A stretch of 52,442 nucleotides of DNA from Candidatus Magasanikiibacteriota bacterium (GTDB lineage: Bacteria > Patescibacteriota > Patescibacteriia > Magasanikbacterales > UBA922). The first letter of the stretch is position 1; every line of letters begins with the position of its first letter. The notes beneath the pieces were generated by a model. It made no database searches. It saw only the letters and a program-made list of their open reading frames with translations, and had not been told where the DNA came from. The translations under genes and the position numbers were made by a program. The stretch is taken from the NCBI GenBank assembly GCA_903837125.1, contig CAILTG010000094.1, forward strand, positions 1-52,442, read 5' to 3'. This document shows positions 38,583 through 47,645 of the stretch, in pieces.

Positions 38583-39335
38583 ATGAAACAGTCTTTATCA
38601 CAGTCTGCTCTACAAACAATTCAAAACTACCTTCAACTCCCATTCTCAGGGCATAATATAAATTGTCCTTATTTTAATAATCGCCGAGTAAGATTACGAG
38701 GAGGTTTACGAGCTTTAATTGGTAAAGGTTCCCCAAAAAATATTGTGGAGGAAATTACTATTATTTCTTTACGAGAAAAAATTGATTTAAATAAATTAAC
38801 TGATCAAGAACTAAAAAAGTTTTTAATAAATAATAAAATTGGTATTGATTGTTCTGGTTTGGTTTACCATATTCTAGACGCAGAAATGAAAGCCCAAAAC
38901 AAAGGCAGTTTACATAAAATTTTAAAACGTCCTTGGTTTAAAAATCCAATTAGAAAATTATTAGTAAAACTTAGGCCAATAGAAAATACTGGCGTGGGCA
39001 CTTTTAATCATCCAGTAAATAGTGAGGAAATAAATTTAAAAGATGTACAACCAGGCGACATGATTATTATCATGGGCGCTGGAACAAAACAAGATTACAA
39101 CCACATTCTTCTTGTACACGAAGTGGAGTCTGTCATTGTAACCCCTCCTATTATTCATTACACCCACTCATTCCAATACCCAACCGATGGTCAATACAAC
39201 CACGGTGTACGACAAGAATCAATTACCATTACTGATTTAAACAAATCTCTTCTTGAACAAAACTGGTCTGAACCACAGATAAAAGATTATGCGAAGACGG
39301 CAAAAGAAATTAAAATAAAAAGATTGAAAAATTAA
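38583..39335 (+). CDS. NlpC/P60-superfamily-like cysteine hydrolase
   Basis: GIDCSGLV, QPGDMI, NHILLV, YTHS arrangement. Confidence 0.65.
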   Translation: MKQSLSQSALQTIQNYLQLPFSGHNINCPYFNNRRVRLRGGLRALIGKGSPKNIVEEITIISLREKIDLNKLTDQELKKFLINNKIGIDCSGLVYHILDAEMKAQNKGSLHKILKRPWFKNPIRKLLVKLRPIENTGVGTFNHPVNSEEINLKDVQPGDMIIIMGAGTKQDYNHILLVHEVESVIVTPPIIHYTHSFQYPTDGQYNHGVRQESITITDLNKSLLEQNWSEPQIKDYAKTAKEIKIKRLKN

Positions 39336-39342
39336 AAAAATA

Positions 39343-40176
39343 TCATTCAAACGGATTAATTTTATTAAAGTCAGGAATTAAATTCTCCTGACTTTTTTCA
39401 CCCTGCACCCAGCCATTAACAAAACCTAACTCTTGCAAATATTCATAAACTTGCTTAAATTCTTCTTCACTCACTACACGTATTAATTCTGAAAAATTTT
39501 TAGCATTGTGTAGTGGAAAATATTGATTCATTAAACTAACGTGAATACTCAAACCAATCTCTGCCAATTTTTGCAACACTCCAAAACTATTGGCCAAATT
39601 ATTTGGCAAAACCATATGGCGTACAATAACACCCTTCCTTGCCACACCACTCTCAATTTTTAATGTCTCCCGACGCGAATCGGGATCCCGCTGTGGCGGG
39701 ACAACTTGCCCCAGCATTTCTTTAATCGCTTCTGTAGCAACTTCAACATAATTTTTTATCCCAGAATATTTTAAAGCCAAATCATTATTACTATACTTAA
39801 AATCCGGCAAATAAATATCAACTAGTCCTGCCATTTCTTTTAAAATCTCCACCTTTTCATAACCATTAGAATTCCAAACAATAGGAATTGTTAATCCCCT
39901 ACTTTTTGCATTGATCAAAGCTTGTTTAATTTGTTTATACCAAATGGTCGGAGTTACTAAATCAATATTTACTGCTCCAGCATTTTGTAACTCCAACATT
40001 ATTTCTACTAATTCTTCTATACTATAAAATTTTCCTAAATTTTCTTGAGAAATTTGCCAATTTTGACAAAACACACAACGCAAATTACAGCCAGTAAAAA
40101 AAATACCACCAGCCGGAATCAATGGCGGTTCTTCCCCAAAATGTTTTCCCTGCCAAGCAATTTTTATATTATTCAT
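39343..40176 (-). CDS. radical SAM protein, PflX-like
   Basis: HFGEEP, CNLRCVFCQN, LVTPT, VDIYLPDFKY, VRHMVLP, MNQYFP. Confidence 0.88.
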   Translation of the reverse strand: MNNIKIAWQGKHFGEEPPLIPAGGIFFTGCNLRCVFCQNWQISQENLGKFYSIEELVEIMLELQNAGAVNIDLVTPTIWYKQIKQALINAKSRGLTIPIVWNSNGYEKVEILKEMAGLVDIYLPDFKYSNNDLALKYSGIKNYVEVATEAIKEMLGQVVPPQRDPDSRRETLKIESGVARKGVIVRHMVLPNNLANSFGVLQKLAEIGLSIHVSLMNQYFPLHNAKNFSELIRVVSEEEFKQVYEYLQELGFVNGWVQGEKSQENLIPDFNKINPFE

Positions 40177-40313
40177 TCCACTAAATACTATAATATTTAG
40201 TATTCACTGGAATTGAGGTGGACATAACGCACACCTCGAACTTTTCAGCGGACCTCCAATTCCGCTGCCCCTCAATTCCCTTCCCCTCCTAAGGGAAGAA
40301 TGAACTACGTTGC

Positions 40314-41537
40314 CTACGAAGTAAACCACCACTTCTCAAGCACTTCTTTAGCCTTTCGGCCTTTTCCCTCATACGCCAGAAGAGTGGCCTGAAAAACTGC
40401 GATCGCAATTCTCCTTGCAACGTTGATCAGATCGTACGGAGTCTGAACAGCGCCTCTACCAGCCTTCTTTTCTTGTCGCCGGTATGCAATCGCGGCTTTA
40501 GCCACAGCCATGATCTTTTTGACCACCTCGATCGGGTACTCCCCAACCGTGGTTTCTTCAGAAGTCATGACAAAATCTGCGCCATCCAGCACCGCGTTGA
40601 AGGCATCAGACGCTTCCGCTCGGGTGGGTTTCGGACAACCCACCATTGAACTCATGACCTGGGTTGCGTAGATGATCGGGACACCCAGGCGATTGCAGAT
40701 ACGAATCATTCTCTTGACCATTGCTGGGGTATCTTCATCCGAAGTTTCCACGGCCAGGTCGCCTCGAGCGGCCATGACCATGTCCGACAACTTGGCGATC
40801 GCCAAGAAGTTCTTCGTTGCTCCAGCTCTGGTTTCAATCTTCGGAATGATTCTTACACCCTTGAGCCCCAGCTGATCCAAGAACAGCCGAAGCTCAATCA
40901 TGTCGTCCGCGCTCTGCACGAACGAAATGGCGATGTAATCACCATCCCGCAAAAGCCCGCACTCCTTGATCTCACGGATATCCCGCCTGTCCCCATCGGT
41001 CAAAGACGTAAGCGGAAGAATCCGGCCTGGAAAAGAAACCCCCTTTCTTCTCTTCAGACTACCCTTGCAGGTAGCTTCGAGCAAAAAGACGGAATCTTCC
41101 TTGATGACCTCGACGACGAAGAACTCAATCTTTCCATCGTCCATTGAAACCTTGTTTCCCTTGCCGAGCCCCCTCAGCACTTCAGGGGGACTAACCTCAA
41201 GCAAAGGCAATTCCCCTGGCTCGCACTCCTTCATCTTGGTGCAAAGCACTACCCGACTACCCTGAACGAGTTCCAGTACGGCGTCGAGTCCGCCTGGAAC
41301 GTTGCCAATGCGGATTTTCGGTCCGCAAAGGTCGAAAAGGATGTAAATTCTCCTCCTCAACTTCACTTCGAGAAACCTGATATTCCGAACGTGCTTTTCG
41401 TACCCCCCCGCCCTGTCGTGCGAAAAGTTGAGTCGTGCAATGGTCATCCCTGCCAAAACCATTGCTTCCATGACGACCAGATCCAAGGACGAAGGTCCAA
41501 GAGTACAAACCACCCCCTTGAAGCGTCCTCTCTTCAT
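40314..41537 (-). CDS. pyk: pyruvate kinase, divergent, GC-rich, lacking the C-terminal domain
   Basis: CTLGP, ARLNFSH, DL.GPKIR, KIET, ARGDL, ATQ, PTRAE.SD..NAVLDG; GGAGG SD before ATG 41537. Confidence 0.9.
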   Translation of the reverse strand: MKRGRFKGVVCTLGPSSLDLVVMEAMVLAGMTIARLNFSHDRAGGYEKHVRNIRFLEVKLRRRIYILFDLCGPKIRIGNVPGGLDAVLELVQGSRVVLCTKMKECEPGELPLLEVSPPEVLRGLGKGNKVSMDDGKIEFFVVEVIKEDSVFLLEATCKGSLKRRKGVSFPGRILPLTSLTDGDRRDIREIKECGLLRDGDYIAISFVQSADDMIELRLFLDQLGLKGVRIIPKIETRAGATKNFLAIAKLSDMVMAARGDLAVETSDEDTPAMVKRMIRICNRLGVPIIYATQVMSSMVGCPKPTRAEASDAFNAVLDGADFVMTSEETTVGEYPIEVVKKIMAVAKAAIAYRRQEKKAGRGAVQTPYDLINVARRIAIAVFQATLLAYEGKGRKAKEVLEKWWFTS

Positions 41538-41624
41538 TTCTTTATCCTCCACTTTCGTCCCAAAGACACTTCCACCAAGAACACCTGTCCTCGGCAAGCC
41601 GCTTTTCAACCAGGTTTGACAACC

Positions 41625-41675
41625 TAGTGTTCAGCAATTGAATTTTGAATCTCAAAAAACAATTGCTGAACACTA
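41625..41675. repeat. perfect 16-bp inverted repeat in the pyk leader
   Basis: TAGTGTTCAGCAATTG ... CAATTGCTGAACACTA. Confidence 0.75.
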
Positions 41676-41726
41676 TTTTTATTTATTTATTTTTTAAAGA
41701 ACGAATTTATAAAATATATCGAAGAA

Positions 41727-41755
41727 AACATAGCATATTTTTTATCCAACGTCAA
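41727..41755 (-). promoter_or_regulatory. pyk promoter
   Basis: TTGACG - 17 bp - (TGc)TATGTT. Confidence 0.5.
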
Positions 41756-41817
41756 TAATTTTCTAATTTTAAAAAACTTGATTTTTTGTTTCTTTGTTGA
41801 TAAACTACGTTCAACTT

Positions 41818-42939
41818 ATGAATGTTTCCTTAGGTACCATAAACGAACTAAAAACCGCCATTGGCTTCGGCCTATTTTCTTGTATTTTAGCTTTTTTATG
41901 GTCACCGGCCTTAACCAAATTTTTATATAAATTCAAACTTACCAGAAGAGCAGAATACGATGCCACTTTAAACATAAGTACCAAAACTGGCACACCAATT
42001 ATGGGTGGACTCTTGGTAATTGTCACAGTAGCACTGGTGACCATGCTTTTTAATTGGGAAAGAAAATATACTTGGGTACCAATTGGAGTAATGCTCTTAG
42101 CTGCGCTTTTAGGTGGTATTGATGATGTACTCCACATTTATGGACACGAAAGAAGAAATAGAAAATTAAAACAAATTTTAACACTTATCCGCGTACATGC
42201 CAATTGGAAACAACGACTCTGGCTTATAATTACCTTACCCTGGTCAACTTTTAAACGCTTAGCACTAACGCTTGGATCTCACCCAGGCAAAGGCGTGCAT
42301 GTTCATGAAAAACTATTACTACAATTTGCTGCTGGTGCCATTACGGCCTATTGGATTTATTTTAAACTAGGCGCCAACTGGCAACAAATTAACATACCTT
42401 TTGATGGTTATGTAAATATTGGCTGGTGGATTGTTCCTTTAATAATTTTCTTTGTTATGTTCACTGCCAATGCCGTAAATGTGGCTGATGGCATGGACGG
42501 ACTAGCTGGCGGTTCGCTTCTGCTCACTTTTTCCACACTCACTATTTTAAGTTGGCTTAATGGTTACCAAGAAATTACTTTATTAAATGCCACAGTAGTT
42601 GGCGCTTTAATTGCCTACACTTATTACAATATTAAACCAGCCCGTTTTCAAATGGGCGATGTTGGTTCTTTAGGACTAGGCGCTCTTTTGGCTATCAACA
42701 CCATTGTTATAAGTAAAATGCTTTTACTCCCCTTTTTGGGATTTATTTTTTATGTGGAGCTTACAACTGTAATTATTCAAATCATTGGCCGATATATTTT
42801 AGGCAGAAGAATTTTTAAAATGGCACCCCTACATCATCATTTTGAATTACACGGCTGGAGTGAAGAAAAAACTGTTATGCGTTTTTGGATAATACATGCA
42901 GCGGTGGTGTTGTTGGGGTTGTGGATAGCTTTGTACTAA
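41818..42939 (+). CDS. mraY: phospho-N-acetylmuramoyl-pentapeptide transferase
   Basis: KTGTPIMGG, GGIDD, NAVNVADGMDGL, MGDVGS, FKMAPLHHHFE. Confidence 0.92.
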   Translation: MNVSLGTINELKTAIGFGLFSCILAFLWSPALTKFLYKFKLTRRAEYDATLNISTKTGTPIMGGLLVIVTVALVTMLFNWERKYTWVPIGVMLLAALLGGIDDVLHIYGHERRNRKLKQILTLIRVHANWKQRLWLIITLPWSTFKRLALTLGSHPGKGVHVHEKLLLQFAAGAITAYWIYFKLGANWQQINIPFDGYVNIGWWIVPLIIFFVMFTANAVNVADGMDGLAGGSLLLTFSTLTILSWLNGYQEITLLNATVVGALIAYTYYNIKPARFQMGDVGSLGLGALLAINTIVISKMLLLPFLGFIFYVELTTVIIQIIGRYILGRRIFKMAPLHHHFELHGWSEEKTVMRFWIIHAAVVLLGLWIALY

Positions 42940-42942
42940 AAA

Positions 42943-43007
42943 TATCATTTATCATGTATCATCTATTTTGATTAAAAAAAATAAATGATAAATGATAAAT
43001 GATAAAC
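42943..43007. repeat. inverted heptamer arrays (TATCATY / ATAAATG) filling the mraY intergenic spacer
   Basis: TATCATTTATCATGTATCATCTA ... ATAAATGATAAATGATAAATGATAAAC-ATG. Confidence 0.7.
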
Positions 43008-43670
43008 ATGAATAATTATCTCACTTGGGCTGAGAAAACTATTTCCGACTTTTCTGCTGAAAACATAAACTCTCTCTACAATGAGGGCTTTTTGTTTACT
43101 CGTGAACACTTAGGTTCAATGTATCAAACGCGTAGTTTACGAATTGATTTAAAAAAATTTAAACTAACGAGTGAAAACAAACGCATTTTAAAAAAGACAG
43201 ACAGCTTACAGCTTGTAACTTGCAATTTACCCTACTCCAATTATAGTTGGGAGATTGGCAAACTTGGTAAAGATTTTTACGAAACAAAATTTGGTTTAAA
43301 AACCTTTAGTGCAAATAAAATAAAAGAACTATTAACAACAAAATATAATTTTAATAAATTGTTTGTTTACGAAATTGGAAATTCGCCAATTGGCTACTGT
43401 ATTTGTCATGAAAACAATGAACTTCTCCATTATTGTTATCCATTTTATCATCTATCATCTATCATCTATCAATACAATCCTGATACCGGCCTGGGCATGA
43501 TGCTCCGCGCTATTATTTACGCCCAAGAGCAGGGAAAAAAATATATTTACTTAGGTTCTGCAAAAGATGAAGCGGCTAAATATAAATTGCAATTTGCAGG
43601 GTTGGAATGGTTTGATGGAAAAGAGTGGAAAACTGATTTAGAAGAATTAAAAAATATTTTGAAATTATGA
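43008..43670 (+). CDS. ATE1/Bpt-like (GNAT-fold) aminoacyl-tRNA transferase homolog
   Basis: GF..TR, RSLRIDL..F..TSENKRILKK, Y.YPFY, LG..M..AI..A...GKKYIYLG, YK..F...E...W. Confidence 0.65.
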   Translation: MNNYLTWAEKTISDFSAENINSLYNEGFLFTREHLGSMYQTRSLRIDLKKFKLTSENKRILKKTDSLQLVTCNLPYSNYSWEIGKLGKDFYETKFGLKTFSANKIKELLTTKYNFNKLFVYEIGNSPIGYCICHENNELLHYCYPFYHLSSIIYQYNPDTGLGMMLRAIIYAQEQGKKYIYLGSAKDEAAKYKLQFAGLEWFDGKEWKTDLEELKNILKL

Positions 43671-45043
43671 AGCATATCCATTTTATTGGCATCTGCGGAG
43701 TCGCCATGTCGGCACTCGCTATCGCTTTTAAAAAGGCTGGTTTTGAAGTAACCGGAAGTGATGTAGGTTTTTTTCCACCGGTTTCTACTAATTTAGAAAA
43801 ACATAAAATTAATTTTTATCCTGGTTGGCATCCGGAGAATATAGGAAAACCTGATTTAGTAATTGTTGGCAATGTTGCCAGTTCAACAAATCCTGAATGG
43901 CTTTATATACAAAAAAATAAACTAAATTTTAAATCTTACCCAGAAGCAATTGCCGAATATTTTGTAAAAGAAAATTCTATTGTTTGTGCTGGCACTTATG
44001 GCAAGACCACCAGTTCATCCTTGCTTACCTGGATTTTAAAACAAAATAATTTTGATCCGACCCATATGTTTGGTGGAATTAGTTTAAATGACCTTCCTGC
44101 CGCCGAAATTACCAATTCTAAATACTCAATTTTGGAAGGTGATGAGTACAAAAGTGCACGCTGGGACAATGGCCCAAAATTCGCTCACTATTCCCCTACT
44201 CATTTGCTTTTAACTTCAGTGGTTTGGGACCACGCCGATGTTTATCCAACAGAAAAATCGTATATTGATGTTTTTGCTAATTTACTAAAAAATATTTCAA
44301 CAAACGGCTTAGTAGTTTTATCAGCCAAAGTTATTCATGATCAACCACAGCTAGCAGACTTACCTACTTGTAAAATTATTACTTATGGCAAAACTCCAAA
44401 CAATGACTATCAATACTTTGACGTTCAAACCAATAAAGAAGGCATTAATTTTAAAATAAAACATCAATCATTAATTTTCAATCTGCAATCTGCAAATCTC
44501 GGCGACTACATGGCCGACAATATGACCGGTTGTTTTGCTCTGGCACACCAACTAGGAATTGAACCAAACAATATTATAAAAGCCATCACTAGTTACAAAA
44601 ATATAAAACGTCGACTGGAAAAAAAATATGAGGATAGCATAACAGTATTTGATGATATTGCTCATTCACCAAAAAAGGCCGAAGCAGTACTGTCTAGCTT
44701 AAAAAATATTTATTCAGGAAAAATTATTGTAATTTTTGAACCAAACGGTGGTAATCGTCAAATAGAATCTATTCCGGGATATGATAATGCTTTTATTAGT
44801 GCCAATGCAGTCATTATTCCCCGTCTGACAACCATTAAACAAGATCCAAACAAACCAGAAGCAATGGACGGACAAAAACTGGCAGAGGTTATCAGCAAAA
44901 CACATAATAATGTAAAATATATTGATGATGACAATAAATTGATAAACTATTTAGCCAACATTACTCAGACTGGTGATGTAGTTATCTTTTGCGGCAGCCA
45001 TGGATTTAGAGGAATGATAGACCAATTAATTAAACAGTTATGA
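43667..45043 (+). CDS. Mur ligase, Mpl/MurC-like
   Basis: HFIGICGVAM, GSD, GTYGKTT, EGDEY, WDHADVY, KRRLE, DDIAHSP, FEP, HGF.G. Confidence 0.88.
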   Translation: MKHIHFIGICGVAMSALAIAFKKAGFEVTGSDVGFFPPVSTNLEKHKINFYPGWHPENIGKPDLVIVGNVASSTNPEWLYIQKNKLNFKSYPEAIAEYFVKENSIVCAGTYGKTTSSSLLTWILKQNNFDPTHMFGGISLNDLPAAEITNSKYSILEGDEYKSARWDNGPKFAHYSPTHLLLTSVVWDHADVYPTEKSYIDVFANLLKNISTNGLVVLSAKVIHDQPQLADLPTCKIITYGKTPNNDYQYFDVQTNKEGINFKIKHQSLIFNLQSANLGDYMADNMTGCFALAHQLGIEPNNIIKAITSYKNIKRRLEKKYEDSITVFDDIAHSPKKAEAVLSSLKNIYSGKIIVIFEPNGGNRQIESIPGYDNAFISANAVIIPRLTTIKQDPNKPEAMDGQKLAEVISKTHNNVKYIDDDNKLINYLANITQTGDVVIFCGSHGFRGMIDQLIKQL

Positions 45044-45606
45044 AAATTCCTAAACAAGCCAAACAAGTTTTTAAAGGAGTTATATTTGATATTTACCAGT
45101 GGGAACAAAAAATGTATGATGAATCATCCGTTATTTTTGAACGTGCCAAAAGACCATATACTGTACAAGTAATAGCCACCGCAGAAAATAAAATTATTCT
45201 AGGAGATGAAAAACAACCATACAAAAAAAGAGAAACAAACATTTTAGGCGGTCGCTTAGAAAAAAATGAATCTCCTCTTTTCTGCGCCAAAAGAGAATTG
45301 TTAGAAGAAGGCGGTTATGTTTCCAAAAACTGGTCGCTGCTAAAAGTATATGATGACGTGCCAAAACTTGATTGGAAAGTTTATTTTTTTGTAGCCACGA
45401 ACTGCCAAAAAGTTGCCAAACAAAATTTGGATCCCGGAGAAAAAATTAAAATTATTACCGTTTCTTTTGAACTGTTTATTCAAATGATTGAAGACAAAAA
45501 AATCTTCACTGGCCAACTTGGTTTTGATATTTTAAAAATGAAACTAGACGGCAATTTAAGTCAATTCAAGAAAAAATTATTTAAAAAAACACCAATCAAA
45601 ATGTGA
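45040..45606 (+). CDS. NUDIX hydrolase (NudF-like)
   Basis: GGRLEKNESP..CAKRELLEEGG, LDPGEKI. Confidence 0.85.
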   Translation: MKIPKQAKQVFKGVIFDIYQWEQKMYDESSVIFERAKRPYTVQVIATAENKIILGDEKQPYKKRETNILGGRLEKNESPLFCAKRELLEEGGYVSKNWSLLKVYDDVPKLDWKVYFFVATNCQKVAKQNLDPGEKIKIITVSFELFIQMIEDKKIFTGQLGFDILKMKLDGNLSQFKKKLFKKTPIKM

Positions 45607-45637
45607 TTAGTGTCTATTCGTGATAAAAATTAGTGGT

Positions 45638-45802
45638 TTATTTACCTTCATCCACCACTTCTGCCTCCACCTTATCCCCACTAATCGAGGAAACTAACAA
45701 AGAAATACCGCAAATATCACATTCAATTACCTGGTCTTTAGCCAAATTTGGATAAATAGCTAAATTCACCTTATTTTTACATTCTGGACAAACTAATTGC
45801 AT
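45638..45802 (-). CDS. small Zn-ribbon protein, LysW-like
   Basis: CPEC...IECDICG..L.V, acidic tail VEAEVVDEGK; start MQLVC. Confidence 0.75.
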   Translation of the reverse strand: MQLVCPECKNKVNLAIYPNLAKDQVIECDICGISLLVSSISGDKVEAEVVDEGK

Positions 45803-45870
45803 AGGGTTAAGATTAAGATTAAGACTGTATAATCTTAACATAATTACAAATTTATTCAAGCCTAAATATT

Positions 45871-45937
45871 AACATACAATATACATAGATTAAAATACAA
45901 ATTTTGTATATTATTCCATGTATCTTGTCCCTTGTTT
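45871..45937. repeat. gene-less copy of the four-helix-bundle inverted repeats
   Basis: TTTTGTATATTATTCCATGTATCTTGTCCCTTGT resembles 17810-17844; partner arm at 45871-45901. Confidence 0.65.
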
Positions 45938-46861
45938 ATGAAGACTCCCCAACAATCTTATCCCGAACTTGCAAAAACCTTAGGTATACCGGAAATTTAT
46001 TTAAAACGCGAGGATCAACATAAATACGGCTCACACAAAGGGCGCTCTCTTCCTTTAATGATTAAACGTTATACCAAACCCCTTAAGATTAAAGATAAAA
46101 ACGGAGATTCTGCCCCCACCAATCCTATTTATAAAAATTTTGTTATTTCTTCTTCTGGCAACGCTGCTTTGGCAGCAATTTTAGCCGTACAAGCACACAA
46201 CACCAATAATCCTGAAAAAATTAAACTAAAAGTTTTGGTTGGCCTTAATATAAATCCCCAAAAATTAAAAATACTAATATCAGAAATTAATGATCCACAA
46301 GTAACTCTGAAACAGGTTGATAACCCCAAGCAAGAAGCTTTTTTGGAAGACAAAAATGGCGAAACTAAATTTTTACGCCAATCAACCGATGATTTAGCTT
46401 TGGAAGGATATTTTGAATTAGCTGAAGAACTTTCTAAAATCCCTAACTTACAAGCGGTATTTATTCCTACTTCAAGCGGCACCACTGCTCAAGCTTTAGG
46501 TGAAGCATTTGTAAAATTAAATTGCCAAGCGCAAATTCATATTATACAAACTACTGCTTGCCACCCTATGGTGGAAGATACAAAACACAAGATACAAAAT
46601 ACAAACACGAGTGCGGCCGACGCCATTGTTGACCAAGTTGCTCATCGTAAAGAAAAAATTTTAGAAATTATTAAAAATAGCCGTGGCGCTGGCTGGATTG
46701 TGACTGACGAAGAAATAAACAATGCTATTGAATTAGTGGAAGATAATTGTAAAATAAAAATTTCTCCTAACAGTGCTTTATCTGTAGCAGGATTAAAAAA
46801 AGCAATTGTTAATGGTTTTAAATTTTCTGGTCCAGCAATTTGTTTGATAACTGGGCGATAA
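45938..46861 (+). CDS. PLP-dependent fold-type II enzyme (threonine synthase/cysteine synthase-like)
   Basis: YLKRED...GSHKGR, SSGNAALA, PTSSGTT, ITGR. Confidence 0.85.
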   Translation: MKTPQQSYPELAKTLGIPEIYLKREDQHKYGSHKGRSLPLMIKRYTKPLKIKDKNGDSAPTNPIYKNFVISSSGNAALAAILAVQAHNTNNPEKIKLKVLVGLNINPQKLKILISEINDPQVTLKQVDNPKQEAFLEDKNGETKFLRQSTDDLALEGYFELAEELSKIPNLQAVFIPTSSGTTAQALGEAFVKLNCQAQIHIIQTTACHPMVEDTKHKIQNTNTSAADAIVDQVAHRKEKILEIIKNSRGAGWIVTDEEINNAIELVEDNCKIKISPNSALSVAGLKKAIVNGFKFSGPAICLITGR

Positions 46862-46891
46862 TAAAAAATAGAAAAAGACAGTAAAAAACAA

Positions 46892-47590
46892 CTATTTAAT
46901 AGGACAAACTCTGGCAATTGTAACAATATTTGCACCGAGTTGCACAGCTGTTTTTTTACCTCTTCTAGAATAATAATTTTCCAAAACTTCAAAACCAATA
47001 CTTTTTAACTTTTCTTCAATTTCTCTTAATCCAAAACCATAATAATACCTCTCCCCCATTTTTTCTCCCTTGGGACTAAACCAAGGCACAATAAATCCCG
47101 CACTTTCAATTTTCTGCCATTTTCCTTTAGCAATTACTTTTTGCGCACTCTCTGAATTTAAATTCCAATTGGTCATTAACAAATAACCACCTGGTTTTAA
47201 AACACGTTTTATTTCTTTCAAAGCTTTATCCCTGTCTTCTTCCTTATTTAAATGATGTAAAGTGGCAATACAAAAAACTAAATCAAAATTCTTATCTGGT
47301 AAAGGTAGACTGGTCATCTCGGCCACCAGATAATTATTTTTAGGAAAATCTTTTTTTGCCATATTTAGCTGCTCCTCACTTTGATCCAACCCCAAGTACT
47401 CAACCTCTTGAAAATCGGCCAATAACTGATATAATCTGCCCGTACCACAACCAATATCCAAAACACTCAGCTTATTGTGCAAGTAAGGTTTAAAAGAAAT
47501 CAGGTCATCCCAAAGATATTGGCGGGTAGCGTAAAATAACTTAGCAATACGATTATAAGTGTTTTTATTTAAATCATTATAATTTATCAT
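46892..47590 (-). CDS. class I SAM methyltransferase, Trm9/ALKBH8-like
   Basis: YNRIA..F.ATR..LW, VLDIGCGTGR, IATLHHL, RVLKPGG, VPW, RYYY. Confidence 0.85.
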   Translation of the reverse strand: MINYNDLNKNTYNRIAKLFYATRQYLWDDLISFKPYLHNKLSVLDIGCGTGRLYQLLADFQEVEYLGLDQSEEQLNMAKKDFPKNNYLVAEMTSLPLPDKNFDLVFCIATLHHLNKEEDRDKALKEIKRVLKPGGYLLMTNWNLNSESAQKVIAKGKWQKIESAGFIVPWFSPKGEKMGERYYYGFGLREIEEKLKSIGFEVLENYYSRRGKKTAVQLGANIVTIARVCPIK

Positions 47591-47645
47591 ATTATTATTT
47601 ATTATCTATCATCAAAAAAAGATAAATAATAGATAATAAACGGAT

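Noticed and set aside
40672-41627. Several overlapping ORFs within pyk
   Set aside because: Expected by-product of high GC (few stop codons); no independent signals
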